A stretch of DNA of 63,490 bases, filler included, from Octopus bimaculoides (Eukaryota): assembly GCF_001194135.2 (NCBI RefSeq). It is 5 parts of 5 records of this genome, joined end to end, with 100 filler letters (N's around TTAATTAATTAA, not from the genome) between each part and the next. Parts side by side here need not be neighbours in the genome. Positions count along the whole stretch, not along the records: positions 1 to 26,361 come from NC_068985.1; 4 more parts are not named here. The stretch is one strand, 5' to 3'. Below are positions 12,910 to 25,294 of this stretch, one piece after another (within the stretch, counting starts at the first letter, position 1; every line of letters starts with the position of its first letter). Under the pieces are notes generated by a model. The model did no database searches, had not been told where the DNA came from, and saw only the letters and a program-made list of their open reading frames with translations. A program made the translations under genes and the position numbers.

Positions 12910-13814
12910 CGTGTATGTGTGTGTGCGTGTGTGTGTGTGTGTGTGTGTCAAAATACATGAGTATTCTGTGTTTGTTTGTTTGCCTTTGTGTGCGTGTTTG
13001 TGTGTGTGTGTGTATATGTGTGTTTGTGTGTGTGATATATGCTGCTATACGTGTGGAGCTAATGTTCCATTAGTATTTGGTCCTCTTTGTATTTTATTTT
13101 ATGTTATAGCATAATATGCCTCCTGTGCAGTGCTGACATATATAACATCAATGTCATAAGTTTCAGATAACTGAAACCAATTATTTTATAACTTTTTAGA
13201 AGCAGAATGCTACTATTATTAAATATGTGTGTGTGGTAGTTAACTATTTTGCCTTTATCATTGGCTTACATTTTGTGCACCTTAGCATCTGGATACGATA
13301 AAAGAAAACAGGACTAATATACGATTTAGATAGTCGACTTTTAGAGTAGCACCTGCATTATTTTATTGGATATACAATTTCTACAGGTGTGTGTGTTTGT
13401 CTATGTGTGCATGTGTGTGTGTATGTGTGCTTATATATGTCTGTGTGTGCATTCATATTAATGGTTGATTGTTTATGTACAGTTGTGGTGAAAACTGTTA
13501 CTCTATACTGGGTTACTCTACGCTTTTTTAGAGTACAGATTTATTATCCTCAAACAATAATATAATTGACAGTAACTGCGAAATTTCAGTCAGTTAAGCC
13601 ATCATCATAATGCTCAAAGATGGCTTAACACAATGGATGAATCCGCTATATCACTTCAACTATAAGTTTGTTCCAGAAATTTGCGTGCACGCATGTATCT
13701 ATATATATGTGAGTGCGTGCATATGTGTGTATGTGAACAAGGAACAAGGAGGAATCCAAGAAATTGACGTATATACGTAAGTTATTTAGGGGACATTCCA
13801 GTCAACTTACGATA

Positions 13815-13912
13815 GAATGTTATCCCTACAACCGTTTCCTTACCCAGTCAATTCAATGAAAAAAATTAAATTAAATTAATTTAAAATGTTCAAATTGAAA
13901 CGGTATTTCATG
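13815..13912 (-). repeat. Left arm of inverted repeat (putative inverted Penelope pLTR fragment)
   Basis: gaatgttatccctacaaccgtttcc...aattaaattaaattaatttaaaatgttcaaattgaaac aligns with the reverse complement of 15705-15817. Confidence 0.7.
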
Positions 13913-14039
13913 AAAGGAAATTTCCAGAAATTAGTTACATTTCAAAGTGTTAGTCAAGCATTGACAGCCTCATGTCCGCGTTACCTATGAGGTAGGAGAT
14001 TGGTTTAATAGCACTAAATATAAAAGTAGGAATGAATGC

Positions 14040-14670
14040 ATGCAAATAGGTATTGATAGCTCTTCCTCTTCAATTAACCAAATTCTTTTTAAAAAGACCC
14101 ATTTATTCGCGAAAAAAAACTCGAATATTAATATCAACGAAATTAATGTTATTGTAGCCGCCACAAGGTCTATTGTAGATCTTGAATACAAGTATTGGAC
14201 TAGGATAGATAGAAGGGGTGGCTCAGATATAATCATGGGTCCTGCGAATTCTGACCAAGTTACATATTTATTTGGCATCGATATTCTCTTAACCTTAGGA
14301 AGAGATACTCCTTAAATTTCTGGAGGTTTATATAGAGATGGTGCCCTTTTTACCACTAGAAATCTATCTAATAGAAAACTGGTACCATATAAGAACTTTT
14401 ACAGATTTCTCAATAGTTTTGGACTCTATAACGATAGAAAAGGAACACGAATAGGTTAACTTCCTAGATGTTAATCTCAATTTCATCGCCAGCAAGGAAA
14501 AATGTTTTCGTTGGAGTGGGAAATTATAAGCAAGGCTGCTGCTGATAAGATTGTTAATTGTTTCTATTTTATTTGTCTTGGAAAGTTGTACTAAATAGCT
14601 TTTTCTGTGTGTGGCCTCTTAAATACGAGAATTAAGAATAGATTTTCATATAGTGATTCATGTAAATTGT
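14040..14670 (+). pseudogene. Penelope-like element (PLE) RT remnant fused by internal deletion to the C-terminal endonuclease region
   Basis: DIIMGPANSDQVTYLFGIDIL...GLYRDG (eroded YRDDG)...FGL/ITIE...VNFLDVNLN, then LEWEIISKA...ICLGKLY*I/LLNTR, resembling the PLE C-terminus W.I..KA..Y....C.LCL.EK..I....LLN.R. Confidence 0.7.
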
Positions 14671-15704
14671 CTCTCAAAAACTAACTACCAGTTGAAATTT
14701 ATTTTCATATGTAAATCAATTATATATTAAGCCTGTTAGTACTTTCAATCGGTCGGCATTTCATGTTTAGTAATTCTATAACTGTTTATAATTAAATAAT
14801 TTCTAGTAGCTATCAGGTAAATATTAAATATCATATTAGATATTAATAATAAAATATTAATACTTCATCTTACATACGTGGAAGGTTACTGATTTTTCAT
14901 GTATTCACGCATGTTTATGTTATTCAAATAATTACCATCGGGTATAATATTATTATTATACATAATCAATTATATGTTAAAACAACTTGAATTTTGAATC
15001 TGTTGATACTTCACGTTTTATTGCACTAGCATTTGTAAATACAAGCATTAAAGCATGCTTGGCAGATATAATATCGCTATAAAGATATTAAATGATAAAA
15101 TGTATATTAAATTTCCTGCACAGGTGGCAGTATCATTGTGATTGCTAAAAATTCAATTAAGCACGTTTCTCATGAATATGTAGAAGATATTTCTAATATA
15201 CATTAGAAGTAAACGCATTTCTTTGTAGTGATTGTCGCATTAGTAATTTTTAAATAAAATGATAAAAAACTTAACAATTGTATTATGTAACGTTTAATTT
15301 CTCCTTTATTTGCATGGTTGTAATGATCATAAGTATTGCAGACATATATGGGTGAAGCGATAGTGTAATATAATACAAGATTATTGGGTTTTAATGTCAT
15401 AATTTTAGTTGGCTTCCATATTTTAATAAACGCATGCTCTATTACATGATGTATGTTACCGGTCTTTCTCCCCCAATTTCTCTCAACACATCTCCCTGTC
15501 GCTCTATTTCAATCTTTCTTTTTCTATCTATCTCTCTATATCTCTCTCTAACTACTGTTCACCACCAATAACAACTATATGTATAACTAACGAACGCGCA
15601 GAAATATATCATATATATTTATAAGCATATAAATGTGCTCACAACTTTGCTCAAGGGTCGAGCAACACGTTGGAATGTATATCCTTCCTGGTAATTCTTT
15701 CCGG

Positions 15705-15817
15705 ATGAAATGCCCAGTAAGCCAGTTTCAAATTGAACATTTTTAATTAATTAAATTTAATTTAATTACTCTTATTGAAGTAATTTGGTATGGAAACAGG
15801 TGTAGGGTTAAACATTC
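15705..15817 (+). repeat. Right arm of inverted repeat (putative sense pLTR)
   Basis: Inverse partner of 13815-13912; contains GGAAACAGGTGTAGGG, resembling the 3' half of a minimal hammerhead. Confidence 0.7.
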
Positions 15818-16475
15818 CATTTTATATTGATTTGAATATCTCTGATCAAACTGATGTCTATACGTCAGTTTCTCCATTTTTTTTTTCGTTTTCACACACA
15901 AATATTTAAATACCAATATACACCACTGCAAAACCAAAGTAATGATTGTTCACTCAAACCTCCAAAAAACCGAAGAACTAGGATGCAAACATCCGTTAAA
16001 GGACTATAGCTCTTTGGCATATATATATATATATANNNNNNNNNNNNNNNNNNNNNNNNNNNNNNNNNNNNNNNNNNNNNNNNNNNNNNNNNNNNNNNNN
16101 NNNNNNNNNNNNNNNNNNNNNNNNNNNNNNNNNNNNNNNNNNNNNNNNNNNNNNNNNNNNNNNNNNNNNNNNNNNNNNNNNNNNNNNNNNNNNNNNNNNN
16201 NNNNNNNNNNNNNNNNNNNNNNNNNNNNNNNNNNNNNNNNNNNNNNNNNNNNNNNNNNNNNNNNNNNNNNNNNNNNNNNNNNNNNNNNNNNNNNNNNNNN
16301 NNNNNNNNNNNNNNNNNNNNNNNNNNNNNNNNNNNNNNNATATATATATCTATATATATATATACATATACACACATACATACACAAAAAGGAAAAAATA
16401 AATATAGTGCCAAAAAAAATAAATAAATAAAATAAAAAAACTGTGTTGGTGAGAATGGAAATAGTTAAACGTAAT

Positions 16476-16693
16476 AAGGCGGGAAGCTGGCAGAATCATT
16501 AGAACGCCTTGAAAATGCTTATAGACATTTAATTCTACTTTGTGTTCTGAGTTCGAATTACGCTGGAGTCAATTTTTGCCTTTCGTCCTCTCGGGACGAA
16601 AAAATAAGAACCATTTGTATACTGGCGTCGATATAATCGACTACTCCACTTCACCGAACTTGCTGGCCGTGTGTTAAAATTTTAAACCAATAT
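16476..16693 (+). mobile_element. SINE family A, full length
   Basis: aaggcgggaagctggcagaatcattag...gttctgagttcgaatt (B box)...gcctttcgtcctctcggg...cttgctggccgtgtgttaaaattttaaacc. Confidence 0.8.
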
Positions 16694-17084
16694 GTAAAAG
16701 TAATTACAGAATGATTAACAATGGAGAGAGAAAGAGATAGAAAAGGAAGAAATAAAATCTCAGTATACTCATGACAATCTGTAGACGAATGAGAACTGAA
16801 AGAAGAAATTAACGTTTAGTGTACTCATAAAAGAAAGTTCCAAGAAAACATGAAAGAAAATGTAGTAATTCCGATAGATTTAGATCTCTATTTCCGATTC
16901 TAGGTTATAATAATAAATTAATGCATAGCTGAATTTACCGTTTATTGGCCAAAAATAGCAATATTCTCGGCTTACTGCGTCGAAATTGTGTATGTATTAA
17001 TGAAGGGTTAAATGTTATGCTTTAAATAATTTTGAAAATATGATTCTTTTGATATAAATGTGTATATGGCTTGCTTTAATATCA

Positions 17085-17240
17085 TCGTCACCATCATCAT
17101 CTATCATCATTATCATCGTCATCGTCGTCATCGTCGTTATCATCATCACCATCATCACCATCATCATCATCATAATCATCGTCGTCGTCGTCATCATCAT
17201 CATCATCATCATCATCATGTATGTATGTATGTATGTATGT
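17085..17240. repeat. Compound (CAT/CGT)n plus (ATGT)n microsatellite
   Basis: Direct reading. Confidence 0.9.
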
Positions 17241-18569
17241 CTATGTGCCTGACGTTTTATGTATTTCCTATTTGTAAGTATAGACTTCATTTATTTGTCT
17301 ACCACGCAGGCATCGATTTTCCATAAAATAGTTTTTTAGCCCATTTATATACTAGATTAAAAGGTAAATTTCAATGCGCTGATTTTTTTTCAAAAATATA
17401 TTACAATTTCATGAAGCTAATTTGAAGTTTGCATAACATGAAGCATTTCACATATATGTATATATAAGATTCTGTTGTTAATAACAATAGAGAAAATCAT
17501 AGTTTTTAATTGCATCAGAAGCATAAGTCTATGATAAACTTTCATTTCAGTTTATATAGTAAAGCCACTTAGGTCAGTAATATATAGCCTGCAGTTAATA
17601 GACAAAAGATTCGACTCCATAAAAACAGGTCATTAATACGTTATACCTATGTGTAAGTGCAGGAGAAAATAAAATGAAATATAAGTTAATATATAATTAT
17701 AAAACCCTCAAAGGTGTCTTGATGGAAACTATAATCAATTTTTTTTTTTAATTACAAAAAAAAAAAAATGGTTCAACACTTCAAATGCTCATTTTGTTTA
17801 TTTTTCATCTGGAGGATAAAATGCAATAAAGAATAAAAAATAAAGATAAAACATCGCAATATTGATTGATTGATTGTTATCTCTGTATTGATTTCCCGTA
17901 AAATGCATACGGTTATAAAAAAAGGTAATTTTATTCCTTCCTGTGCTCACAAAACTACACATTGAAAACTGTTTGTTTTCTGTGGCAAGATAAACAACAG
18001 AATTAGCAGCAACAGTATTGTATCTCAATACTTTCTTATTCACGATTATACTTTTCGTACAAAATAAATGTTACTATCATTAATTTTATGGGGAAAATTA
18101 TCAGATGAAAATGGCATATGCAAATATATTCCACATTATAGACATAGTATAATTTGATAAGTAGAATTTGTCTGCAGTGAGGAAACAGAAGACGCTCTAA
18201 AGAAATAAATTACCGCTGAAATAAAACATATTTTACATGTCTGGAGTCAGACATTTATAAACATGTTATTTAGCCACTCGATTGTGCTCGTACATTTAAA
18301 ATATACTCCAATATTTTATGAATCTCACTGTTTAACAGCAATGATGAATAAAAGAACATTAATTGGTTTGCAATTAAGATATTTCCCGCGATGCTTCATT
18401 GGGATTTCCCAATCGTTTCTACGGGGTTTGAAATTTCCGGGGAAAGGGTTGGTCCAGTATATTGACACATGTGCTCCGCAGGTAACTTATATTCATTAAT
18501 ACCAAATGAATGAAAAGTTCAGTCTTTCACGGTGGCATTTGAAAACGTATGGTAAAATCGGACTAAAAC

Positions 18570-18620
18570 AGGCTTAGCATTTCATTTGGCGTGCAAACCG
18601 TTCTGCCAGCTCACCGCCAT
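18570..18620 (-). mobile_element. SINE family A head fragment
   Basis: Reverse complement ggcggtgagctggcagaacggtttgcacgccaaatgaaatgctaagc. Confidence 0.65.
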
Positions 18621-18677
18621 GCATACTCATTCATAATGCAAATACTTCACGGGGAGGACTATCGAAGATATGCTTTG

Positions 18678-18724
18678 GTAATAATAATAATAATGATGAT
18701 GATGATGATGATGTTGATGATGGC

Positions 18725-18774
<50 letters not shown>

Positions 18775-18788
18775 CGATGATGATGACG

Positions 18789-18822
<34 letters not shown>

Positions 18823-18830
18823 TAATAATA

Positions 18831-18904
<74 letters not shown>

Positions 18905-18916
18905 GATAATAATAAT
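18678..18916. repeat. (TAA)/(GAT)n compound microsatellite
   Basis: Direct reading. Confidence 0.95.
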
Positions 18917-18917
18917 T

Positions 18918-19550
18918 GATTAAAAGCTGAAACAGAAGGACTGATACTCGCTGCAAAAGACAAACACCTGACCACAAAAAAACTATAAAAACAACATAAT
19001 GAAAACAGGACCTAACACCAAAACAACAATGTACAATCTGTACAAAAGGACGGTCCTCGCTAAATCTGAATAGATATTCAGACATGAGCGAACGAGTAGT
19101 TACGTCCACCTGACAATATGCCAACACAACGACAAAAAACTAACAAGAATTGGAATAATCATCTACCAAACAAGGTACATGACAACGACCAGGTCACAAC
19201 CATATGGGACATGTCTTTTGAGACTAACAAAGGAAGACAAGCTAATTGCCCAGATATAATAATCAAGGCCTGGAAAACTAAAAACATCTACTTAGTCAAA
19301 AACATTATAGTATCTTCTAACAAAATTATTTCCCGAAAGAATGGAAAAGTTGTCAAATAACAAAGATATCGAAATTAAAGTATTCAAGATGTGGGCCATG
19401 AAGATAAAAAGAATACCAGTAAGAACTTGAGCATTCGGCATGATAACAAAAGATATGAACAAAAACGTAGAAGCTATACCAGAACACTCAACTCTACACA
19501 GTATCTATAAAACAGCTCTACTAGGAGCAGCCCGCATCCTACGAAAGTAA
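18918..19550 (+). pseudogene. Older, diverged R4/Dong-clade retrotransposon 3' fragment (zinc finger plus RLE)
   Basis: LKAETEGLILAAKDKHL...CTIC...NDQVTTIWDM...ANCPDIIIK...KDIEIKVFKMW...IYKTALLGAARILRK, collinear with 224-729 with frameshifts; begins directly after (TAA)n. Confidence 0.75.
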
Positions 19551-20318
19551 AAGAATGAAAGAATAAACGATTATATTTCTTAATGATATTGAAGTTTACA
19601 GAAGAATTACCAGAATCTACGTATTTAAGGTGTGTTATTCCGGGTTTGTGAAAGTATTGTACTGAATATATTCATACGCGAAGGTAATGCAAGTAGGCAC
19701 CATTTTTTTCTTTCTTTTCATTTTAGGTGACATTCGTTAATCTTTCTTCAATGCAATTTCATCGCCTATTGATAATCTTCTTTGCATGCTGCCGATATTT
19801 TCATGTTTCGTCCATAATCTATACATGCAGCATCACGTGTATTTACAAACTCTATTATTTGCAACAAGCCTCTCAATCATCGGCAATTTATATCTCTTCT
19901 CTCCTCTTTTATTCCCTCTTTACTCAATCATGAAGAAATGCATTCTCCGTAATGTTGGAAAAAATCAACTTCGCAGATTCATCAATTAACTTTTCCTTTC
20001 ATGTTTCTAAAGGATACTTCTACCCTTCATAAACCAGCATTGGTTTTCTTCAAATCTGTTTTACTTTACACAAAAGCCTGGAAATATTCTTAACTCTGTT
20101 CGTTGCTTAAAATGCAAAACATAAGCTTATCCAGCAGCATCTAAACTTTTCTGTCATCCTCAGTCAACGCTTTCTCATTTTCTTTAAAAGGGCATTTGAG
20201 TGGACATTTGAAGGGAGAGAGTCGATTAGGGAGAACTGTTTCGAGATATTCCACGTGACAAAGCTTACGGGTTATTCAGCCTATTTTGGCAAAACAGAAT
20301 ATGGATCTGGATTGAAGT

Positions 20319-20351
<33 letters not shown>

Positions 20352-20597
20352 TACACAACGAAATGGCTGCGCAAAAGCGTCTCTTACACTAGGAAAATTT
20401 TCTCAGCACGAAAGGTTGCGAAAGAGAAAAAAATGTATGTCTGTTCTTGTTTCGAGTTTGCACGCTCGCGCACGTGCGTGTGTGTGTAAGAAATTCCAGA
20501 TTTACGAAATAGTTTTATATTTAAGAGATGAGGAATTATGTACATTATTTACATAATTTACATTTGACGGATATTTGTCCTCATATTGTTTGTTGTG

Positions 20598-20645
20598 AAC
20601 ACAATGTTTCGGCTGATATACCCTCCAGCCTTCATCAGGTGTTGG
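20598..20645 (-). ncRNA. Minimal type I hammerhead ribozyme motif (degenerate stem III)
   Basis: Reverse complement aacac-CTGATGA-a-ggctg(gagggtatat)cagcc-GAAA-ca-T-T-gtgtt: stem I aacac/gtgtt, stem II ggctg/cagcc. Confidence 0.65.
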
Positions 20646-20690
20646 AGAAATTTCGAACCTGGGTTCCCATTCCTAAGGTATTTTTTAATG

Positions 20691-20730
<40 letters not shown>

Positions 20731-20964
20731 AGTGCATATGATGTAGTCGTTAAGAGCGCGGACTACTCACCCCAAGATTCCGAGTTCAATTCCAGGCAGT
20801 GAACTCAATAATAGGAATACCATCGAAAAATACCCCAGGAAGGAGAACTTAGGTTCAAAGTATCCCCAAGACACCTGATGAAGGCTGGAGGGTATATCTG
20901 CCGAAGCGTTGTTTTAACAACAAACAAGATGAGGAAAAATACCTGTCAAATGTAAATAATGTAA
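20731..20964 (+). mobile_element. Inserted family E SINE copy flanked by 8-bp TSD ATTATTCA
   Basis: Head gcatatgatgtagtcgttaagagcgcgg...gagttcaattcc; body with acacCTGATGAaggctggagggtatatctgccGAAGcgttgt; ATTATTCA at 20723-20730 and 20965-20972. Confidence 0.8.
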
Positions 20965-21074
20965 ATTATTCAGGTCACTGCCTGGAATCGAACTCGGAAT
21001 CTTGGGGTTAGTAGTCCGCCCTGTTAACCACTACGCCATATGCTCGTAAATAATTTAAATAATGTACATAATTC

Positions 21075-21188
21075 CTCATCTTTTAAATATAGAACTAAAT
21101 TAAGTACTAGCTGCGTATACAGTCGATCTTATCGACTGCCCTGCCTCACTAAATATTTCGGGCAGTGTGCCTTGAGTAGAAAAGAAAA
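21075..21188 (+). mobile_element. Degenerate SINE family A 3' half
   Basis: aaattaagtactagctgcgtatacagtcgatcttatcgactg...atttcgggcagtgtgccttgagtagaaaaga resembles the reverse complement of 3723-3810. Confidence 0.55.
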
Positions 21189-22281
21189 TAATACATTTCG
21201 TTTTCTGAAGGCAAGTTCTAGTCTGCGGTTGGGGAGAATAACGATACGTTAAGACTCATTGGTTGTAGTTTCAGGAAGCTTCATATAATACTTGCCGATG
21301 AGTGTATTCCATAGAAGACACCCTAATGCCAGGTTGTAGTTTTGACACTTTCCTAATAGCAAAGTATTATTTATAACCTTGTCATTGTTTATACCCTGAT
21401 ACTATCTCTTCTATAATTCATGAAACTTAAACTAATTCCAGCAATATACATAACTGTTGTAAAAGAAATAAATTTAATTGCAGCTACATTTCTATACCAG
21501 TTTTTACTTGGTTACACATTCGGAGAATATTGGGCCAAGAAAAGTTTTATAAATACAAATAGGAAATCTTACTTCAAATGTTGACCTCAAAAGATAACCG
21601 CACATCAATTTACTGTGAAGGGCCATTATCCAATTTAACGTGAACATCGACTAAAGATTGTGTAGTGATTATTCAAAGAACCATTAAATATATCGCCATT
21701 AACTAATTTAGCTGGACACAGAATACACGCTGGGAATTGGTTATATATTACTGAACTTCAAGTTACGTTTCAAAAGTTAGTTTAATTATAAGATTTCAAA
21801 TTCACAATAAGATAGAAGCGTGTGAATCGAGAGGAATTTGATTAGGAATAGGTTCGACGGTGTCCGTTATTATAAACAAAATCTTTTGATTAGTATTCGG
21901 TGGTAAACGTTGCGTCTTCCTTTGAAAGAATTGATACGGGCCAAGAAAGTGCATAACCTTTATTTATTCAATAGAAGCGCATTTGTTCCGCTCCGCAATT
22001 GTGAATTGAATCTTCTGTCTTAGTTTTGGTCATAAACCAATTTCATTGAATAGTTGAATTTCAACTCGAGTAAAATGATTTGTGTCTTCCATGTGCATTC
22101 TTCAATACGTGATTTATTAAGTATGCTTCGTAGATCTATTACTAACGTATGGTGATGAAGAAAAACGAGAAGAATTTCGGAAAATAACACGAACATATTT
22201 TCATGATGACTGTTAATGGAAGTTGAATACATATAATACGTCATTACATGTAATAAATCATGTTAATATATAGCATAAATC

Positions 22282-22505
22282 GAGGCGGTGTGCTGACAGA
22301 ATCGTTACCGGGGCGGGCAAAAGGCCTTGCCACATTTCGTCTATGTTTCCAATCTCACTTTAAATGCCACTAACGTCAACTCTGCTTTTCATTCGTTCGG
22401 GGTGGATATTAAAGTACCAGTTGTTTACTGAGGTTTGATGTAAGCAACTTACATTGTCCTTTGAAACTGTTGTCCTCGTGCCAGTATTGAAAAGCAATAT
22501 ATTTC
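22282..22505 (+). mobile_element. Degenerate SINE family A
   Basis: gaggcggtgtgctgacagaatcgtta...gcttttcattcgttcggggtggatattaaagtaccagttg. Confidence 0.7.
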
Positions 22506-22619
22506 GAAAATTATATATGAGCTGGAAGAAGTTTCTCACGTAATGCACTTATCAATTTCCACCGATTTTCCCGCCACGCTTCATATAAATATTCTGTATT
22601 ATTGTATATTCCGTCATTT

Positions 22620-22796
22620 CTTTCAGTCATTTCACAGTGACCATCATTGATCACCACCTTTTTAGTCTAAGAAATCGATCCCTGGTCTTCTTCTTTGTAT
22701 GTCTGGTGTTTATTCTATCGGGGTATTTTGCCGAACCGCTAAGTCACGGGTGTCCTAGACATACCAGCATCGGTTGTCATACGATGGTGAGGGGAC

Positions 22797-22797
<1 letters not shown>
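22620..22797 (-). mobile_element. SINE family D 3' half
   Basis: tttcagtcattt...ttttgccgaaccgctaagtcacggg...ccagcatcggttgtca, homologous to 51330-51500. Confidence 0.7.
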
Positions 22798-22841
<44 letters not shown>

Positions 22842-24418
22842 TCTCTAGTAACACAATCTGTATCACGTCTTCACGTTGTTGTTTTTTTTATTTTATTTTA
22901 TCTTTTTTTTCCTTTTTTGAACTTATNNNNNNNNNNNNNNNNNNNNNNNNNNNNNNNNNNNNNNNNNNNNNNNNNNNNNNNNNNNNNNNNNNNNNNNNNN
23001 NNNNNNNNNNNNNNNNNNNNNNNNNNNNNNNNNNNNNNNNNNNNNNNNNNNNNNNNNNNNNNNNNNNNNNNNNNNNNNNNNNNNNNNNNNNNNNNNNNNN
23101 NNNNNNNNNNNNNNNNNNNNNNNNNNNNNNNNNNNNNNNNNNNNNNNNNNNNNNNNNNNNNNNNNNNNNNNNNNNNNNNNNNNNNNNNNNNNNNNNNNNN
23201 NNNNNNNNNNNNNNNNNNNNNNNNNNNNNNNNNNNNNNNNNNNNNNNNNNNNNNNNNNNNNNNNNNNNNNNNNNNNNNNNNNNNNNNNNNNNNNNNNNNN
23301 NNNNNNNNNNNNNNNNNNNNNNNNNNNNNNNNNNNNNNNNNNNNNNNNNNNNNNNNNNNNNNNNNNNNNNNNNNNNNNNNNNNNNNNNNNNNNNNNNNNN
23401 NNNNNNNNNNNNNNNNNNNNNNNNNNNNNNNNNNNNNNNNNNNNNNNNNNNNNNNNNNNNNNNNNNNNNNNNNNNNNNNNNNNNNNNNNNNNNNNNNNNN
23501 NNNNNNNNNNNNNNNNNNNNNNNNNNNNNNNNNNNNNNNNNNNNNNNNNNNNNNNNNNNNNNNNNNNNNNNNNNNNNNNNNNNNNNNNNNNNNNNNNNNN
23601 NNNNNNNNNNNNNNNNNNNNNNNNNNNNNNNNNNNNNNNNNNNNNNNNNNNNNNNNNNNNNNNNNNNNNNNNNNNNNNNNNNNNNNNNNNNNNNNNNNAC
23701 ACACACATGTGAATACACACACATACATATATGTGCCAAAATATGTGTGTGTGTGTCTGTGTGTGTGCACAAGTGAGGTCAAATTATAGTATAGGTAACC
23801 ACTCATGCCTACGATTTCAAGTGCTTTATTTCTCAACGTAATGAATTAGTCGTCTCCTAGGCGATATTGCAGCACACTGGCAAACAAACAAAACGCAATC
23901 AATGAATATATGTGGTAGATCATTCTAAAACATCAGAAACACACACATGTGAATACACACACATACATATATGTGCCAAAATATGTGTGTGTGTGTCTGT
24001 GTGTGTGGCTGTGTGTGTGTGTGTATACATATACACACAGGCATACTTATGTGCGTAGGTATGTATATATACATATGCTTCGTTTTCGCAAGGTTATATA
24101 TGCTTAGCTGACGGCTTTTCAACTGTAGTTATTGAAAAAGCACACAATGGGTTTCTTAAAGACCAAGTGAAGTGACATTTTATAATAAATATCTTTAAAA
24201 GTGTGTTTATGATTTATCAGTAAGTCTTCAGATATATTATGAATTTCGTTTCGAATAATAACCATCAATGAACCTCAACACATACGCATGCGTATATGCA
24301 CACACACACGGAAGGGAAATGTAGGCTCCGCACTTGAAATTATTAGTAATGATTGCTAAAACATCTATTGCGTGTCTTTGTTTAAGATTAACAAAATCAT
24401 AGCAACATAGAAACTTCT

Positions 24419-24449
<31 letters not shown>

Positions 24450-25230
24450 NNNNNNNNNNNNNNNNNNNNNNNNNNNNNNNNNNNNNNNNNNNNNNNNNNN
24501 NNNNNNNNNNNNNNNNNNNNNNNNNNNNNNNNNNNNNNNNNNNNNNNNNNNNNNNNNNNNNNNNNNNNNNNNNNNNNNNNNNNNNNNNNNNNNNNNNNNN
24601 NNNNNNNNNNNNNNNNNNNNNNNNNNNNNNNNNNNNNNNNNNNNNNNNNNNNNNNNNNNNNNNNNNNNNNNNNNNNNNNNNNNNNNNNNNNNNNNNNNNN
24701 NNNNNNNNNNNNNNNNNNNNNNNNNNNNNNNNNNNNNNNNNNNNNNNNNNNNNNNNNNNNNNNNNNNNNNNNNNNNNNNNNNNNNNNNNNNNNNNNNNNN
24801 NNNNNNNNNNNNNNNNNNNNNNNNNNNNNNNNNNNNNNNNNNNNNNNNNNNNNNNNNNNNNNNNNNNNNNNNNNNNNNNNNNNNNNNNNNNNNNNNNNNN
24901 NNNNNNNNNNNNNNNNNNNNNNNNNNNNNNNNNNNNNNNNNNNNNNNNNNNNNNNNNNNNNNNNNNNNNNNNNNNNNNNNNNNNNNNNNNNNNNNNNNNN
25001 NNNNNNNNNNNNNNNNNNNNNNNNNNNNNNNNNNNNNNNNNNNNNNNNNNNNNNNNNNNNNNNNNNNNNNNNNNNNNNNNNNNNNNNNNNNNNNNNNNNN
25101 NNNNNNNNNNNNNNNNNNNNNNNNNNNNNNNNNNNNNNNNNNNNNNNNNNNNNNNNNNNNNNNNNNNNNNNNNNNNNNNNNNNNNNNNNNNNNNNNNNNN
25201 NNNNNNNNNNNNNNNNNNNNNNNNNNNNNN

Positions 25231-25294
<64 letters not shown>

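Larger units (their letters stand above)
20541..21045 (-). mobile_element. Host copy of a tRNA-headed, hammerhead-containing SINE (family E), split by an inverted insertion
   Basis: Head at 21045-20973 (gagcatatggcgtagtggttaac...gagttcgattccaggcagtgacctg), (AAT)n linker at 20730-20691, and body at 20690-20541 ending in (ATGTAAATA)-type repeats. Confidence 0.8.

Noticed and set aside
18380-18486. Possible plus-strand exon ending CAG|GTAACT
   Set aside because: Weak acceptor and donor, unrecognisable peptide, no partner exons.
19750-20220. Purine-rich minus strand resembling decayed coding sequence
   Set aside because: Many stops in all frames and no motif I could assign.
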